In this document: positions 9,688 through 18,954 of the stretch, piece after piece
Numbering within the stretch: the stretch's first letter is position 1
Layout of the letters: each line of letters starts with the position of its first letter
IMG/VR virus record: IMGVR_UViG_3300034198_015460
Coordinates: 17,136-81,135 of that record
DNA: 64,000 nucleotides
Reading direction: 5' to 3' (one strand)
DNA from: a virus
Made by a program: the position numbers and the translations under genes
The notes under the pieces: generated by a model
Told to the model about the DNA's origin: nothing
The model's input: only the letters and a program-made list of their open reading frames with translations
Database searches by the model: none

Positions 9688-9726
9688 TTTTTACTCCTAT
9701 GAGTTTTATATTATTTAGTGTTCTTT

Positions 9727-9765
9727 TCAAACTCTCTCTTTGATATTATCTCGGAGAGAGTTTGA
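9727..9765. repeat. 12-bp perfect inverted repeat between gp18 and gp19
   Basis: TCAAACTCTCTC (9727-9738) / GAGAGAGTTTGA (9754-9765); late-promoter-like ACTAAATA at 9712-9719. Confidence 0.75.
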
Positions 9766-9778
9766 CAGAGTAAATAAA

Positions 9779-12049
9779 TTAGAATTTACCTACAACCTCA
9801 CTAAATTGTACCCCAGTTCCAACAGCTACGAAGTTCAACTGAATGAAATTGATGCTTCTTGCTGGTTTAATGTATATATCGCCAACAAATTGATTTGTAT
9901 CGATGATTTGTGCAGTATTATTGGTATCATCACACACAACCAAGAAATCAGTAATACCACGACGCCCTTGAATTTGACGAAGATAAGGTGTTACTAGATT
10001 TTTAAATTGTGCTCTTGTGAACGCATCATTGAACTCAAACAGAGAGTATTTTGCAGCAGTGGAAATTGCTTTTTCAAGAACAATGAATAGACGACGAACA
10101 TTAATTCTATCGAATGCAGATGGTTTTGCTTGTAGAGTTTTATCGCCATAAAGAATAGTGCCTTGACCTGGGAAGGACACAACAGGATTTACACCATTTT
10201 TATATAGAATATCTCTATCTGCTTGTGTTGGATTAAAGGCAAGTTTAACAAGATTTTTAATCTGGCCACGATTGAAACCAGCGGGAGACCACCATGCATC
10301 GTTTGTATTATCTGTTCTTACACAAAGACCAGCAACGTCGCCATTCATTGGAATCCAGCGGTATAGATCATTGTAGCGGTCGTATTGATATTTGTAACCA
10401 CTGTCCATCACAGCATAAGAAGAACTGTGAAGAACATTTCTCCAAGCTACTGTATTTGTTGCTTGTGTACCAAAAGCGTTTAGAGTCAAGCTTTTTTCAG
10501 GAGAAATTAGAGCAATACAATCTTTTCTTTTTTCACAAATATTATCAATGATGTAATTAGCAAGTTGATATCCTGTAACAGTTACACCACCAGAGCTTGT
10601 TGATCCACCAAGCGGTTTACCTTGAAGAACAAGAGAAATATCAACTTGTTCAGCAGAAGCAAAAAGATCATATGCAGCAGCAATAACAGAGAACGCGCTT
10701 GTATTTGATTCATTATAACCATCGGCGCCTAGTGAGAAAGTAATATTTTTTGGCGCTGTTGCAGTAGAAGATGCCAAAGAAGCAGCAGTTTTATTAACTG
10801 AAATTGTGGTTGGATCGTTTGTCCACCACATATATGGTGAATTGTCATTGATAACATTTTTATAATAGTTTGTCGAACCATCAAGATTTTGAGAATCTGT
10901 TGCCGCAGATAAACCTTTGTAAACTTCAAGAACAGTTCCTGGCGTACCAGTGAATTTACCGCCATTATCAACTACAACAATGTGCAATTCATCGTTTGCT
11001 GATGTATTACCGTTGTTTAATTGATATGATGATTGGCCAGGAGCAACATCGACTACATTGAAGAATTCCCAATTTCTTTGAATAGTATTTGATGAGAATG
11101 CAGTATGGAGTCTATATGTCTCAGTTAAAGAAAAAGTCAATAGAGTATTGCTGTTATAGCTATTATTAACAGAAATAGCAGCAATTTTTAAATATTGATT
11201 ACCAATAGAAGAATTACCTGCCAAAATTTGATCACCAACAGAGAAACTAGCTGCTGCGGTTGTAGCAGAAGCATTAGAGAGACCAGAATATTCTGCTGTG
11301 GCTGTGTTGCTTCCAATTGTAAAATTGATATTTGGAGTTATAGAAACGTTTGATTGAAAAGATGATGAAGTTTCACACATGGAAACTCTTAGAGAATTAC
11401 CAATTTCACCTGGATATTTGGCTGCAAAAATAACATCGGTATCAAAATTACCATCTTTTGAAGTATAATCATCTTGATTTTTTATAATTTGATTTACAAG
11501 ATTTCCCACAAATGCACCAGAAGGAAATGCAAGAGCATTATATGCAGTTTGTGGATTAGCTAGATACAATGTAGCAGTATTACCAGCAACAGCATTTGAG
11601 CTTAATTGAATCGCTGTTGTATTAGTAATTGCTGTAATTGTAAGTGTGTTGGCTGGAGCAAAAACTGATGTGTTAGAAGATTGATATACATACATACCTG
11701 CTGTAAGCCCAGATGTATTTCCTGAAGTCAAAACAACTACGTTGCTGGAAGTATTTCCAGTTAATGCAACTGATGGTGTTGATCCACCAGTATTTGCAGC
11801 TCTGGACACATATAAGCGATTACCATAATTCAAAAAGTTTGCGGCAGTAAAAAATGTTTCTGGGTTTAAATTTGTTGGTTTTCCAAATTGGCTGACCAAT
11901 TTATTTTCACTATCAACTAAAACTCTTTCACCAACAGGTCCCCAGCGGAAAATTCCTGCAAAAGCGCCATCTGATGAGGCTACTGCTGGTACAACTGTTG
12001 TTAAATCTACTTCTGTGACATTTACGCCTGGACTTAATTGAAAAGCCAT
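9779..12049 (-). CDS. gp18: gp18 tail sheath protein
   Basis: MAFQLSPGVNVTEVDLT..FRWGPV..WWSPAGFNRG..SAFDRINVRRLF..KPARSINFIQLNF. Confidence 0.98.
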   Translation of the reverse strand: MAFQLSPGVNVTEVDLTTVVPAVASSDGAFAGIFRWGPVGERVLVDSENKLVSQFGKPTNLNPETFFTAANFLNYGNRLYVSRAANTGGSTPSVALTGNTSSNVVVLTSGNTSGLTAGMYVYQSSNTSVFAPANTLTITAITNTTAIQLSSNAVAGNTATLYLANPQTAYNALAFPSGAFVGNLVNQIIKNQDDYTSKDGNFDTDVIFAAKYPGEIGNSLRVSMCETSSSFQSNVSITPNINFTIGSNTATAEYSGLSNASATTAAASFSVGDQILAGNSSIGNQYLKIAAISVNNSYNSNTLLTFSLTETYRLHTAFSSNTIQRNWEFFNVVDVAPGQSSYQLNNGNTSANDELHIVVVDNGGKFTGTPGTVLEVYKGLSAATDSQNLDGSTNYYKNVINDNSPYMWWTNDPTTISVNKTAASLASSTATAPKNITFSLGADGYNESNTSAFSVIAAAYDLFASAEQVDISLVLQGKPLGGSTSSGGVTVTGYQLANYIIDNICEKRKDCIALISPEKSLTLNAFGTQATNTVAWRNVLHSSSYAVMDSGYKYQYDRYNDLYRWIPMNGDVAGLCVRTDNTNDAWWSPAGFNRGQIKNLVKLAFNPTQADRDILYKNGVNPVVSFPGQGTILYGDKTLQAKPSAFDRINVRRLFIVLEKAISTAAKYSLFEFNDAFTRAQFKNLVTPYLRQIQGRRGITDFLVVCDDTNNTAQIIDTNQFVGDIYIKPARSINFIQLNFVAVGTGVQFSEVVGKF

Positions 12050-12094
12050 TTTTAATCTCCCTAAAAATGAAAACAAATTATTTTTTGATATTTA

Positions 12095-13276
12095 TTAAAA
12101 GGACTCTCTTACGGAAAACATCCAATTATCAGGCACAAATTTTTCATATTCATCGTCAAAATCTTCCCTTCCATCAAAAACAAATCCAAATGGAGCGAGA
12201 TCTTGCTCTATATCTTCTTCAGTCTTGTCTCTCAGAGACATCAAAGTATTAATGTTTGTATAATCTTTAAAGTATTGTTGGTCTGAAAGCCAAGCAAACA
12301 AAACCAAACACATCACTAGGTCATCGTGTTTTTGTGGTTCCGCTTCGTATGAATTTCCTTTTTTAGAAAACGTTGAAAATTCGTTAATTGTATTAAAATC
12401 GTTAATAACTAATTGATTTTGTTCAATTAATAATTTAAGAATAGAACAACCAATTGTTTTGACAACCTTAGTTGTTCTAATACCTTTATCAATTTGTGTC
12501 GAGCTTACTCCAAAACCACTAGTAATTCTTTTACCACTTCTGCCGGCATTTTCAGTAAAGAGCACATTTTCATAGCCAAAATCGTAGTGAAGGCTATGAG
12601 ATACTTGTTCGCCTATGTCGTTTACCTCAACTAGAACAGAAGCATTGTTGTAGCTTTTGGCGGTTCTATGAATAATACTTGCATAATCAATTGGTGATAC
12701 TGAGTTATTACGGAATACACATACCTGCTGATATGGCATAGAAGTAACATCTAAAAGCTGAAAAGCCGAATAATCAAGTCCTTTACCTCTTGATACGTCA
12801 CAAACCATCATGTATACTCTGTCTTTGACGGGTGGAAAATATTGAATCATGCCATCTTTTTCCATAATAGGATTTTGATGGACCATTTCTTTCAATTTCC
12901 AGCCAGCAATAAGAGTACCAGAACTACCAAGAAATTCACAATTGTGGTTAACAATATCATTACCATAATAACAATATTCTTTTTTGACTTCCAGAGGATC
13001 GTAAAAAAATTGTTTTTCGTTGACAAATTCAAAACTTAAAATTTCACGATTGCCTTGTTTGGTAACAATGAAATCAGATGAATTGATTTCAGCCGCTGTT
13101 TTGAATCCGTTTATTGTTAATAATAAATGCTCGGGTGTACAAATTATTTCTTTGAAATCTTCGAGTATAATACGAACATTTTCTTGTCTTTTAATCTTTC
13201 GTATGCCATCAAAATCACTCCATCCGTGAGGAGTTAAGATTTCATATTGACTATTTTTTCGAACAGTGATTTCCAT
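12095..13276 (-). CDS. gp17: gp17 terminase large subunit, C-terminal part (IntC plus nuclease domain)
   Basis: First 112 aa are intein-like and end ..NDIVNHN; then CEFLGSSGTLI..CDVSRGKGLDYSAF..VEVNDIG..HDDLVMCLV (RNase H-like terminase nuclease). Confidence 0.95.
   Translation of the reverse strand: MEITVRKNSQYEILTPHGWSDFDGIRKIKRQENVRIILEDFKEIICTPEHLLLTINGFKTAAEINSSDFIVTKQGNREILSFEFVNEKQFFYDPLEVKKEYCYYGNDIVNHNCEFLGSSGTLIAGWKLKEMVHQNPIMEKDGMIQYFPPVKDRVYMMVCDVSRGKGLDYSAFQLLDVTSMPYQQVCVFRNNSVSPIDYASIIHRTAKSYNNASVLVEVNDIGEQVSHSLHYDFGYENVLFTENAGRSGKRITSGFGVSSTQIDKGIRTTKVVKTIGCSILKLLIEQNQLVINDFNTINEFSTFSKKGNSYEAEPQKHDDLVMCLVLFAWLSDQQYFKDYTNINTLMSLRDKTEEDIEQDLAPFGFVFDGREDFDDEYEKFVPDNWMFSVRESF
12941..13276 (-). 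mobile_element. Split intein, C-terminal fragment (112 aa)
   Basis: ILTPHGWSDF, block B CTPEH (TxxH), block F FYDPLEV, block G HN followed by Cys+1. Confidence 0.92.
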
Positions 13277-13887
13277 ACTATGTTATTGCCCTTGATTATT
13301 TTTTTTAAATTTGGTATAGACATATTAAATTTTTCTGCATATTGTATACAGAAAGCCGAATCATAATCTATAGTTTTCCCGTTTTTTCTTTTGAAATCTA
13401 AATTTAAAATTGGTTTGGAAACATACAAATTTAATATATTTTCTATACACTGTTCGTTAAATTTTTTACTATGAACCTTTCCTTTTCTTTTTTGTGACCA
13501 CATGATTTTTGTTTCTTGGCTATGATGTTTATTTAACATGGGGGGAATATAATTTTCTTTTTTAGAATAGTGATTTAATCTCATTTTTTGCTTAGATTCG
13601 TCCGAAAATTTAAATCCATGTGTTGTGAATTTTTCCGTATAATTGTTGCCAGAACCATCGGGTGTTTCGTTCAATCCGTTGTTGTAAGTATCATACAGTG
13701 ATATAAAAAATTTTTCAGCACAACTGATCATTTCGTGATCTTCGGAATAAAATAGAACTTCGTATGAAAAATTATAGTCAAGAAACCTTTTAGTTTTTTT
13801 ATGACTAGACATTCTGTTTTTTATATTTTTGGCTTTACCAATATATTTTTTTCCGTCTTCTCTGGTTATACAGTAAACACAATACAT
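13234..13887 (-). mobile_element. GIY-YIG homing endonuclease inserted between the two terL halves
   Basis: CVYCIT..KKYIGKAKNIKNRMSSH..AEKFFI..GLNETPDG; NUMOD3-like GFKFSDESKQKMR and HHSQETK..KRKGK. Confidence 0.9.
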
Positions 13888-13923
13888 TTTATTTTCCTAG
13901 AAATTTACATTTATTTATATATT

Positions 13924-14838
13924 CTAGAAATTCTCATTATTCATAAGATCATATGCTTCTTCTATGGATAAATTCAATATTTCACCCGTATTTTTGTTTC
14001 TTAGGGTTATTTTTGCATTTCCATAAACACAATTATATTCCTGTTCAAACTTCTCAAGGTCAAAATTCATTGCAGCAAGAGTGTTCTGTTTCCAGTTATC
14101 ATCTCTGCCAGGAACATCTTGCCATCTAACCATAATATTGTTATATCCATTTCTATTTTCTTTGGAATTTACCCAAATACTATAGAAGTGGTTTAGACCA
14201 TTAGGAGTTGATACAAGAATAATTTTAGTTTCCGAACCAGAAGAAATGGTAGGATACACTGATGTGAAAAAATCGTCCCAGTTTTCAATAAATGCAGCTT
14301 CGTCAATGAATAGAAGGTTAACAGAGAAACCACGAATGTTATTTGAAGAAGTCGCCGTAGCAATAACACGAGATTGGTTTTCTAGAACGAATGAACCTTT
14401 GTTCCATTCAACAACACCTTGCTGAAGCCATTTTGGAAGATGCTGGTATGCTAACTGAATACGACTTAGAATTTCTCTAGCGGTGTCTCCTTTATTGGCC
14501 AAAAGAGCCACTGTTTTTTCTGGATGAAATATGATATACCATAAAATAAAAGCACAAGTTGTTGTTGATTTGCCTGCCTGACGAGCAGTTGTGATAATAT
14601 TAAATCTACCATTAGCAAAAGCTCGTAACATATCTTTTTGATATGGATATAGTTCGAAATTAACTAGACCTTTATCAATATTGATGATTTTCATATAAGT
14701 TTCAGTAAAATAAATTACATCCTGCGAACACTTAATATATTCTTGAACAAGATCAGGGGTCCAATCTATAGATTGATTGGCTCTTTTTAGATTTATATTA
14801 CCGTTATAACCACCAAGATTATTGAATTGATCCATCAC
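13924..14838 (-). CDS. gp17: gp17 terminase large subunit, N-terminal ATPase part plus IntN
   Basis: LYPYQ..TARQAGKSTT (Walker A)..LLFIDEAAF (Walker B)..VSTPNG..FEQEYN, followed by the intein N-fragment. Confidence 0.96.
   Translation of the reverse strand: MMDQFNNLGGYNGNINLKRANQSIDWTPDLVQEYIKCSQDVIYFTETYMKIINIDKGLVNFELYPYQKDMLRAFANGRFNIITTARQAGKSTTTCAFILWYIIFHPEKTVALLANKGDTAREILSRIQLAYQHLPKWLQQGVVEWNKGSFVLENQSRVIATATSSNNIRGFSVNLLFIDEAAFIENWDDFFTSVYPTISSGSETKIILVSTPNGLNHFYSIWVNSKENRNGYNNIMVRWQDVPGRDDNWKQNTLAAMNFDLEKFEQEYNCVYGNAKITLRNKNTGEILNLSIEEAYDLMNNENF
13927..14031 (-). mobile_element. Split intein, N-terminal fragment (35 aa)
   Basis: CVYGNAKITLRNKNTGEILNLSIEEAYDLMNNENF*: block A with Cys1 and the I-E-E-x-Y helix. 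Confidence 0.9.
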
Positions 14839-15232
14839 CTTCTCTAATATTCTTTATCATTTTTTGCAATTCTGCTGTAGAACCAACAAAAAGATTGTTG
14901 TTGATAGTTCTTGCGCCATTTATTGGTTGATCAATAGCCTTAATTTCTCTGACCTTACTTTGTAAATCCATCAAATCTCTATTGGCCTGGAGCATAGTTT
15001 CCATCAATTTTGACAATACTTCGTATGCTCTCGGATGTTGAGAACTATCGGCAATCAACGCTAATTTATCCATAGCATCTTTGCCATTTTCAATTAAATC
15101 ATGAATATTGGCTCGTGCCTGTTCAAAATCTTTTTTTGCACTATCGTCCAAAGCGGTTTCAATAATACCATTGACTGTTTTAGTGATATTACTTAATTCT
15201 GGAAGATTTGGTTCGTCTTCTTCTTCATTCAT
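14819..15232 (-). CDS. gp16: gp16 terminase small subunit
   Basis: DFEQARANI..SQHPRAYEV..NNNLFVGSTAELQKM. Confidence 0.93.
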   Translation of the reverse strand: MNEEEDEPNLPELSNITKTVNGIIETALDDSAKKDFEQARANIHDLIENGKDAMDKLALIADSSQHPRAYEVLSKLMETMLQANRDLMDLQSKVREIKAIDQPINGARTINNNLFVGSTAELQKMIKNIREGDGSIQ

Positions 15233-16107
15233 TAGATCAATTGCTCTTCGTCATAAATTTGTGTTAAATAACCAAAGTCATCATTTATATCAATTTCTGT
15301 ATAAGCTACAGACTGTGCTGCTAAAGTGGTATTTGCTGCACCATAATAATTTAAAGGTGAATTGTTTGCAGAGTATATTCCTGGCTGTATTGTTACTCTA
15401 CTTATAGCTTCTGTATTACCAACAGCAGATTGTAATTCACCATCAGCAACGTTTGGAGTATAAAAATTAGTATCAACGAATTTGATAATTCCTGACTTCT
15501 TAACTGGACCATAGAAATAACCTTTTAATACCAAATCAAGAGTCCAAATTATAGCTCTTCTTTTAGTAAAATCACCTTGATCGTAGTTATCCTCATATCT
15601 AATATCATTTAATATTATAGGAATATCCATAATGATATTCATTTCTGGTATTAAATTGACTGTGGTTGTCCAATCGGGTGTAAAATATGGCAAAACTTGC
15701 TCAAGTATTTTGGTTCCATCTTCTACATTTTTAGCATAGATATAAAGTTTAAAATCAATATTATATGGTACAGGATTATATTGATATGCAAATTTGCTTG
15801 TATTTGCTGAATCTCTTACAACACTTCTATTAATTGTTGGTAGTTTTCTTGAACCATCATATTTCATTTGACCCATTTCGAAGGAAATAAGTGGAAGCGG
15901 TGCAGTCGCTGTAGGTCGGTCAATATTGGGGTCTTGTGTAACACGAGCCAACATCTTATCTTTTGGAGCATATGTAATAGGAACCTTTAAACGAGCAACT
16001 GTATTGTTTGCAGAATTTGTTCTGGTTATATGAATGTCGTTAAATAATGTTCCGACCAATACAACATATTTTCTTATTGTTCTGAAATAAAACGTTGAAC
16101 CAAACAT
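15232..16107 (-). CDS. gp15: gp15 tail sheath stabiliser / terminator
   Basis: MFGSTFYFRTIRKYVVLVGTLFNDI..VPITYAPKDK..PVPYN..EQVLPYFTP. Confidence 0.95.
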   Translation of the reverse strand: MFGSTFYFRTIRKYVVLVGTLFNDIHITRTNSANNTVARLKVPITYAPKDKMLARVTQDPNIDRPTATAPLPLISFEMGQMKYDGSRKLPTINRSVVRDSANTSKFAYQYNPVPYNIDFKLYIYAKNVEDGTKILEQVLPYFTPDWTTTVNLIPEMNIIMDIPIILNDIRYEDNYDQGDFTKRRAIIWTLDLVLKGYFYGPVKKSGIIKFVDTNFYTPNVADGELQSAVGNTEAISRVTIQPGIYSANNSPLNYYGAANTTLAAQSVAYTEIDINDDFGYLTQIYDEEQLI

Positions 16108-16830
16108 TTAAATGTTCCCTTCTGAGAAAGGATCACGAACTGTAAAGTCAACGAACTGATCTGATTCAACTTGGAATTCATCGCTATCATCCATAGCAAC
16201 CAAATCACCAACACCTTTTCCTTCAAGAATTAAATAATTTCCATCTTCGTCTGTCAAATAATCACCGTTTTCATCTTTAATTCCCCAAGTAAGTATGTTT
16301 GTATCAAATTTCTTTTGAATAGAATCAATTTCTGGTATGCCAGTATTAAATGTTTCATTAGAATATTCAAACAATTCTGTTGTCATTTCCCAGGTCTGAA
16401 GAGCGCCTAGTTGATAGAACATCTCATATTTGTTCACAAATTTAATTTGAAAACATTTTTTATTTAAAGGAAAATATATTAAATCGCCTTCGTTTGGTCT
16501 TACTTGTGTTGTAAAGTTTCCAACCTCTTCATTGAATATTCTTTGAGCAACAGACCAAATAACTTGATCTCTGATTTCAAGACCAAACTTAGACATGAAA
16601 TTACCATCACCCTGAAACCCATCAAAGCTTTTGATATACATTTCAATAGGATAGGCGTTTTCATATGACGATTGATCATCGGCTCCATAGATATCATCGT
16701 AATTGTTTAGTTTACGAGGAATATAGAAAACGTCATGACCGTAAATACGTATTGCCTCGATAACTAGGTTTTCGAGGAGAAGCTGTTCCTGTGACGATTG
16801 AAAATTATTGAAGAAAAAATTTGTGGCGAT
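16108..16830 (-). CDS. gp14: gp14 neck protein, apparent ATC start (ORF track truncates it at 16641)
   Basis: In-frame extension (M)ATNFFFNNFQSSQEQLLLENLVIEAIRIYGHDVFYIPR..IEMYIKSFDGF..RPNEGDLIYFP..FEYSNE..DPFSE. Confidence 0.9.
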   Translation of the reverse strand: MATNFFFNNFQSSQEQLLLENLVIEAIRIYGHDVFYIPRKLNNYDDIYGADDQSSYENAYPIEMYIKSFDGFQGDGNFMSKFGLEIRDQVIWSVAQRIFNEEVGNFTTQVRPNEGDLIYFPLNKKCFQIKFVNKYEMFYQLGALQTWEMTTELFEYSNETFNTGIPEIDSIQKKFDTNILTWGIKDENGDYLTDEDGNYLILEGKGVGDLVAMDDSDEFQVESDQFVDFTVRDPFSEGNI

Positions 16831-16831
16831 G

Positions 16832-17431
16832 TTATCCTCCTATATCTTTTTGAGGAGGATTATATCCGGTCACTATTTTCATTCTTCCTATTTTTTGCTG
16901 TTCTGGATCTTTTGAGCCATACGGTATATGAGTAATCATATCAGAAGTTAATGGTTGAGCGAAACCATTAGAGTGTAAACCATGCACTCTCATTTCTGGA
17001 TCACTCATCATTCTATTTAAAGATTTTTGCATGCCTTCGGAATTTTTAGTCCATTCTATAGACGCATTATGAGTTCTTGAAATAGATTTAATAACATCAT
17101 TCATTCTAACAGGAGAACTTTTTCTGCCCTGCGTGGTTGGAAATTGATATGTTATTGATTTATCAGGATTATTTATTTGACCAGCAAATCTAACAGTATG
17201 ATGTATTTTCTTATCTTCTGGATTATATGTGAAATAAGAAGCTCCGCTTCCTGGGGAAGAAGAATGGTATAAATGTAAACCGCCTACTTCTCCAATTTTG
17301 TTAGCGTTTTTATCAAATTTATTTGGATCGTCATAAGTTATAGGTTTTGTGTCGCTGACAATTGGATCTCTTTTTGTTTGAGATATATCGGCGGACCAAG
17401 CTTCTTTTATGTATTTTTTAAATGTCAGCAT
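16832..17431 (-). CDS. Hypothetical protein with capsid-targeting-like N-terminus (putative internal head protein)
   Basis: Starts MLTFKKYIKEA, resembling the T4 internal-protein targeting peptide MKTYQEFIAE. Confidence 0.6.
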   Translation of the reverse strand: MLTFKKYIKEAWSADISQTKRDPIVSDTKPITYDDPNKFDKNANKIGEVGGLHLYHSSSPGSGASYFTYNPEDKKIHHTVRFAGQINNPDKSITYQFPTTQGRKSSPVRMNDVIKSISRTHNASIEWTKNSEGMQKSLNRMMSDPEMRVHGLHSNGFAQPLTSDMITHIPYGSKDPEQQKIGRMKIVTGYNPPQKDIGG

Positions 17432-18161
17432 TTTTTAATCTACATTTCTCGTTGTGGTATCTATAAACATTGCCTTTATTTCCCCAAAAATCACAATAAA
17501 CACATTTTATTTTAGTATTATTTATAAGAGAAAATGCTCCAGCGTTTTTGATTTTTTGTTTGTGTTCTTCTGTTAATGGTGCTCGTTTTATACCTTTAGA
17601 CGCTGCAATTAATTCACCCGAAATCCATTTTGGATCATCATGCGTTGTATGAAAAATATTGCCATCAGAATCTTTAACTGTAATTTTACCTTTATTTCTA
17701 TTATTTTCTAACATAGTATTTCTACGTTTAATTTTAGTTTCAATATTAGACGACTTTGTATCTCTTGTTTTTAATCCTTCAATATATTTTTCACGAATTT
17801 CTGGTCGCTGCATTGCTTCTTTAGTACGAATAGAGATTTTTTCTTTTCTAGATAATAAGTTACTTTCATCTAGCCATGTATCATTTACATTTTTTGAAAG
17901 ATTATAATAACGAATTTTAAGTTCTTCATCTTTCACTAAAGAAAGCCAATATTTTTCACGTTCATATAATTCTTTACGGTTGATATAAACACGTTCTAAA
18001 ATTCTACGTTTAAAATCTTTAGGGCGGTGCTTATGTGCTTGTCGCATCCACGGAGATGAACAAATATACCCATCATTTTCTGTTCCCCAGTGCATACCAA
18101 TATAATATCTTTTTTGTTTACGATCTAACCAGATATAAACAAAACCATATTTTTCTTGCAT
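17418..18161 (-). mobile_element. Free-standing GIY-YIG (Seg-like) homing endonuclease between gp13 and gp14
   Basis: GFVYIWLD..YYIGMHWG..DGYICSS..YYNL; C-terminal LTEEHKQKI and CVYC..RYHNEKC. Confidence 0.88.
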
Positions 18162-18162
18162 T

Positions 18163-18199
18163 TAAATACTCCTTTGAAGTTATCTCTAGAGTATTTATA
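18163..18199 (-). promoter_or_regulatory. Late promoter overlapping an SD-sequestering hairpin
   Basis: TATAAATA (18192-18199) overlaps 5' arm TAAATACTC, which pairs with GAGTATTTA covering the GGAG SD of the endonuclease. Confidence 0.8.
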
Positions 18200-18212
18200 T
18201 AAAGTATATATT

Positions 18213-18953
18213 TCAGCCGATCATATCGCTGACGGGCAACGAATAAGACGTAATCATATCTCTTTCTAATTCTGCACGTTCTTGATTGGCGTCAGCTAAA
18301 ATTTGCAAACCATTAAACTCGATACCACCAGGAAGTTTCATACCACGAAACTTTGAAAGATTAGCTCCCCATTGTTGCTTAATTAAACACGTAGCATATC
18401 TAAGCAACCAACGATCTCCCCATGCTTTTGTATAAACTTCTGGGTCGACTACTTGATATACTTCTGCTATTAAATAATTACCAGCGTCAAATTTATTCCA
18501 ATCCATATCAAGATAAAGTTTATTGATGTGGCGATTGTATCTAAGTGGTTGTTTACCAACCAACATCATTTCAAGAAACTGAATATGTTGTAGAGCCATA
18601 TAATATGGCACCATAGAAACAGAGGTAAGAGTGTATAAATCATTCAAAGCAATTTGATAACGAATATTGAATAGATTGTTTGTATTCAAAGCCTGACCGA
18701 CCTCAAATACATTAACAGCGCCGATCACGTTATCTGGAAGAGTAATGTATTTGTTTGTTATATCGGTTTGAGTGACCTGATGCTTATAGTATATTTTCTC
18801 AGCGCCCTCAAAATGATAATCCCAAAAATAACGAAGAGCTTCGTCGACGCGATCATCAACTTGATCATCATCGACGTTAATTTCAATTACAGGTTTGCCT
18901 AAACGACGTAGGCAGTACTCTTTGAATTCGCTCTTTGTGGTAGGTATTGCCAA
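18213..18953 (-). CDS. gp13: gp13 neck protein (TTG start)
   Basis: EYCLRRLGKPVIEINVDDDQVDDRVDEAL..IKQQWGANLSKF..LPGG..MIG. Confidence 0.95.
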   Translation of the reverse strand: MAIPTTKSEFKEYCLRRLGKPVIEINVDDDQVDDRVDEALRYFWDYHFEGAEKIYYKHQVTQTDITNKYITLPDNVIGAVNVFEVGQALNTNNLFNIRYQIALNDLYTLTSVSMVPYYMALQHIQFLEMMLVGKQPLRYNRHINKLYLDMDWNKFDAGNYLIAEVYQVVDPEVYTKAWGDRWLLRYATCLIKQQWGANLSKFRGMKLPGGIEFNGLQILADANQERAELERDMITSYSLPVSDMIG

Positions 18954-18954
18954 T

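Noticed and set aside
13234-13923. Group I intron interrupting terL
   Set aside because: The endonuclease ORF fills almost the whole gap, leaving no room for a ribozyme core, and both flanks carry intein motifs.
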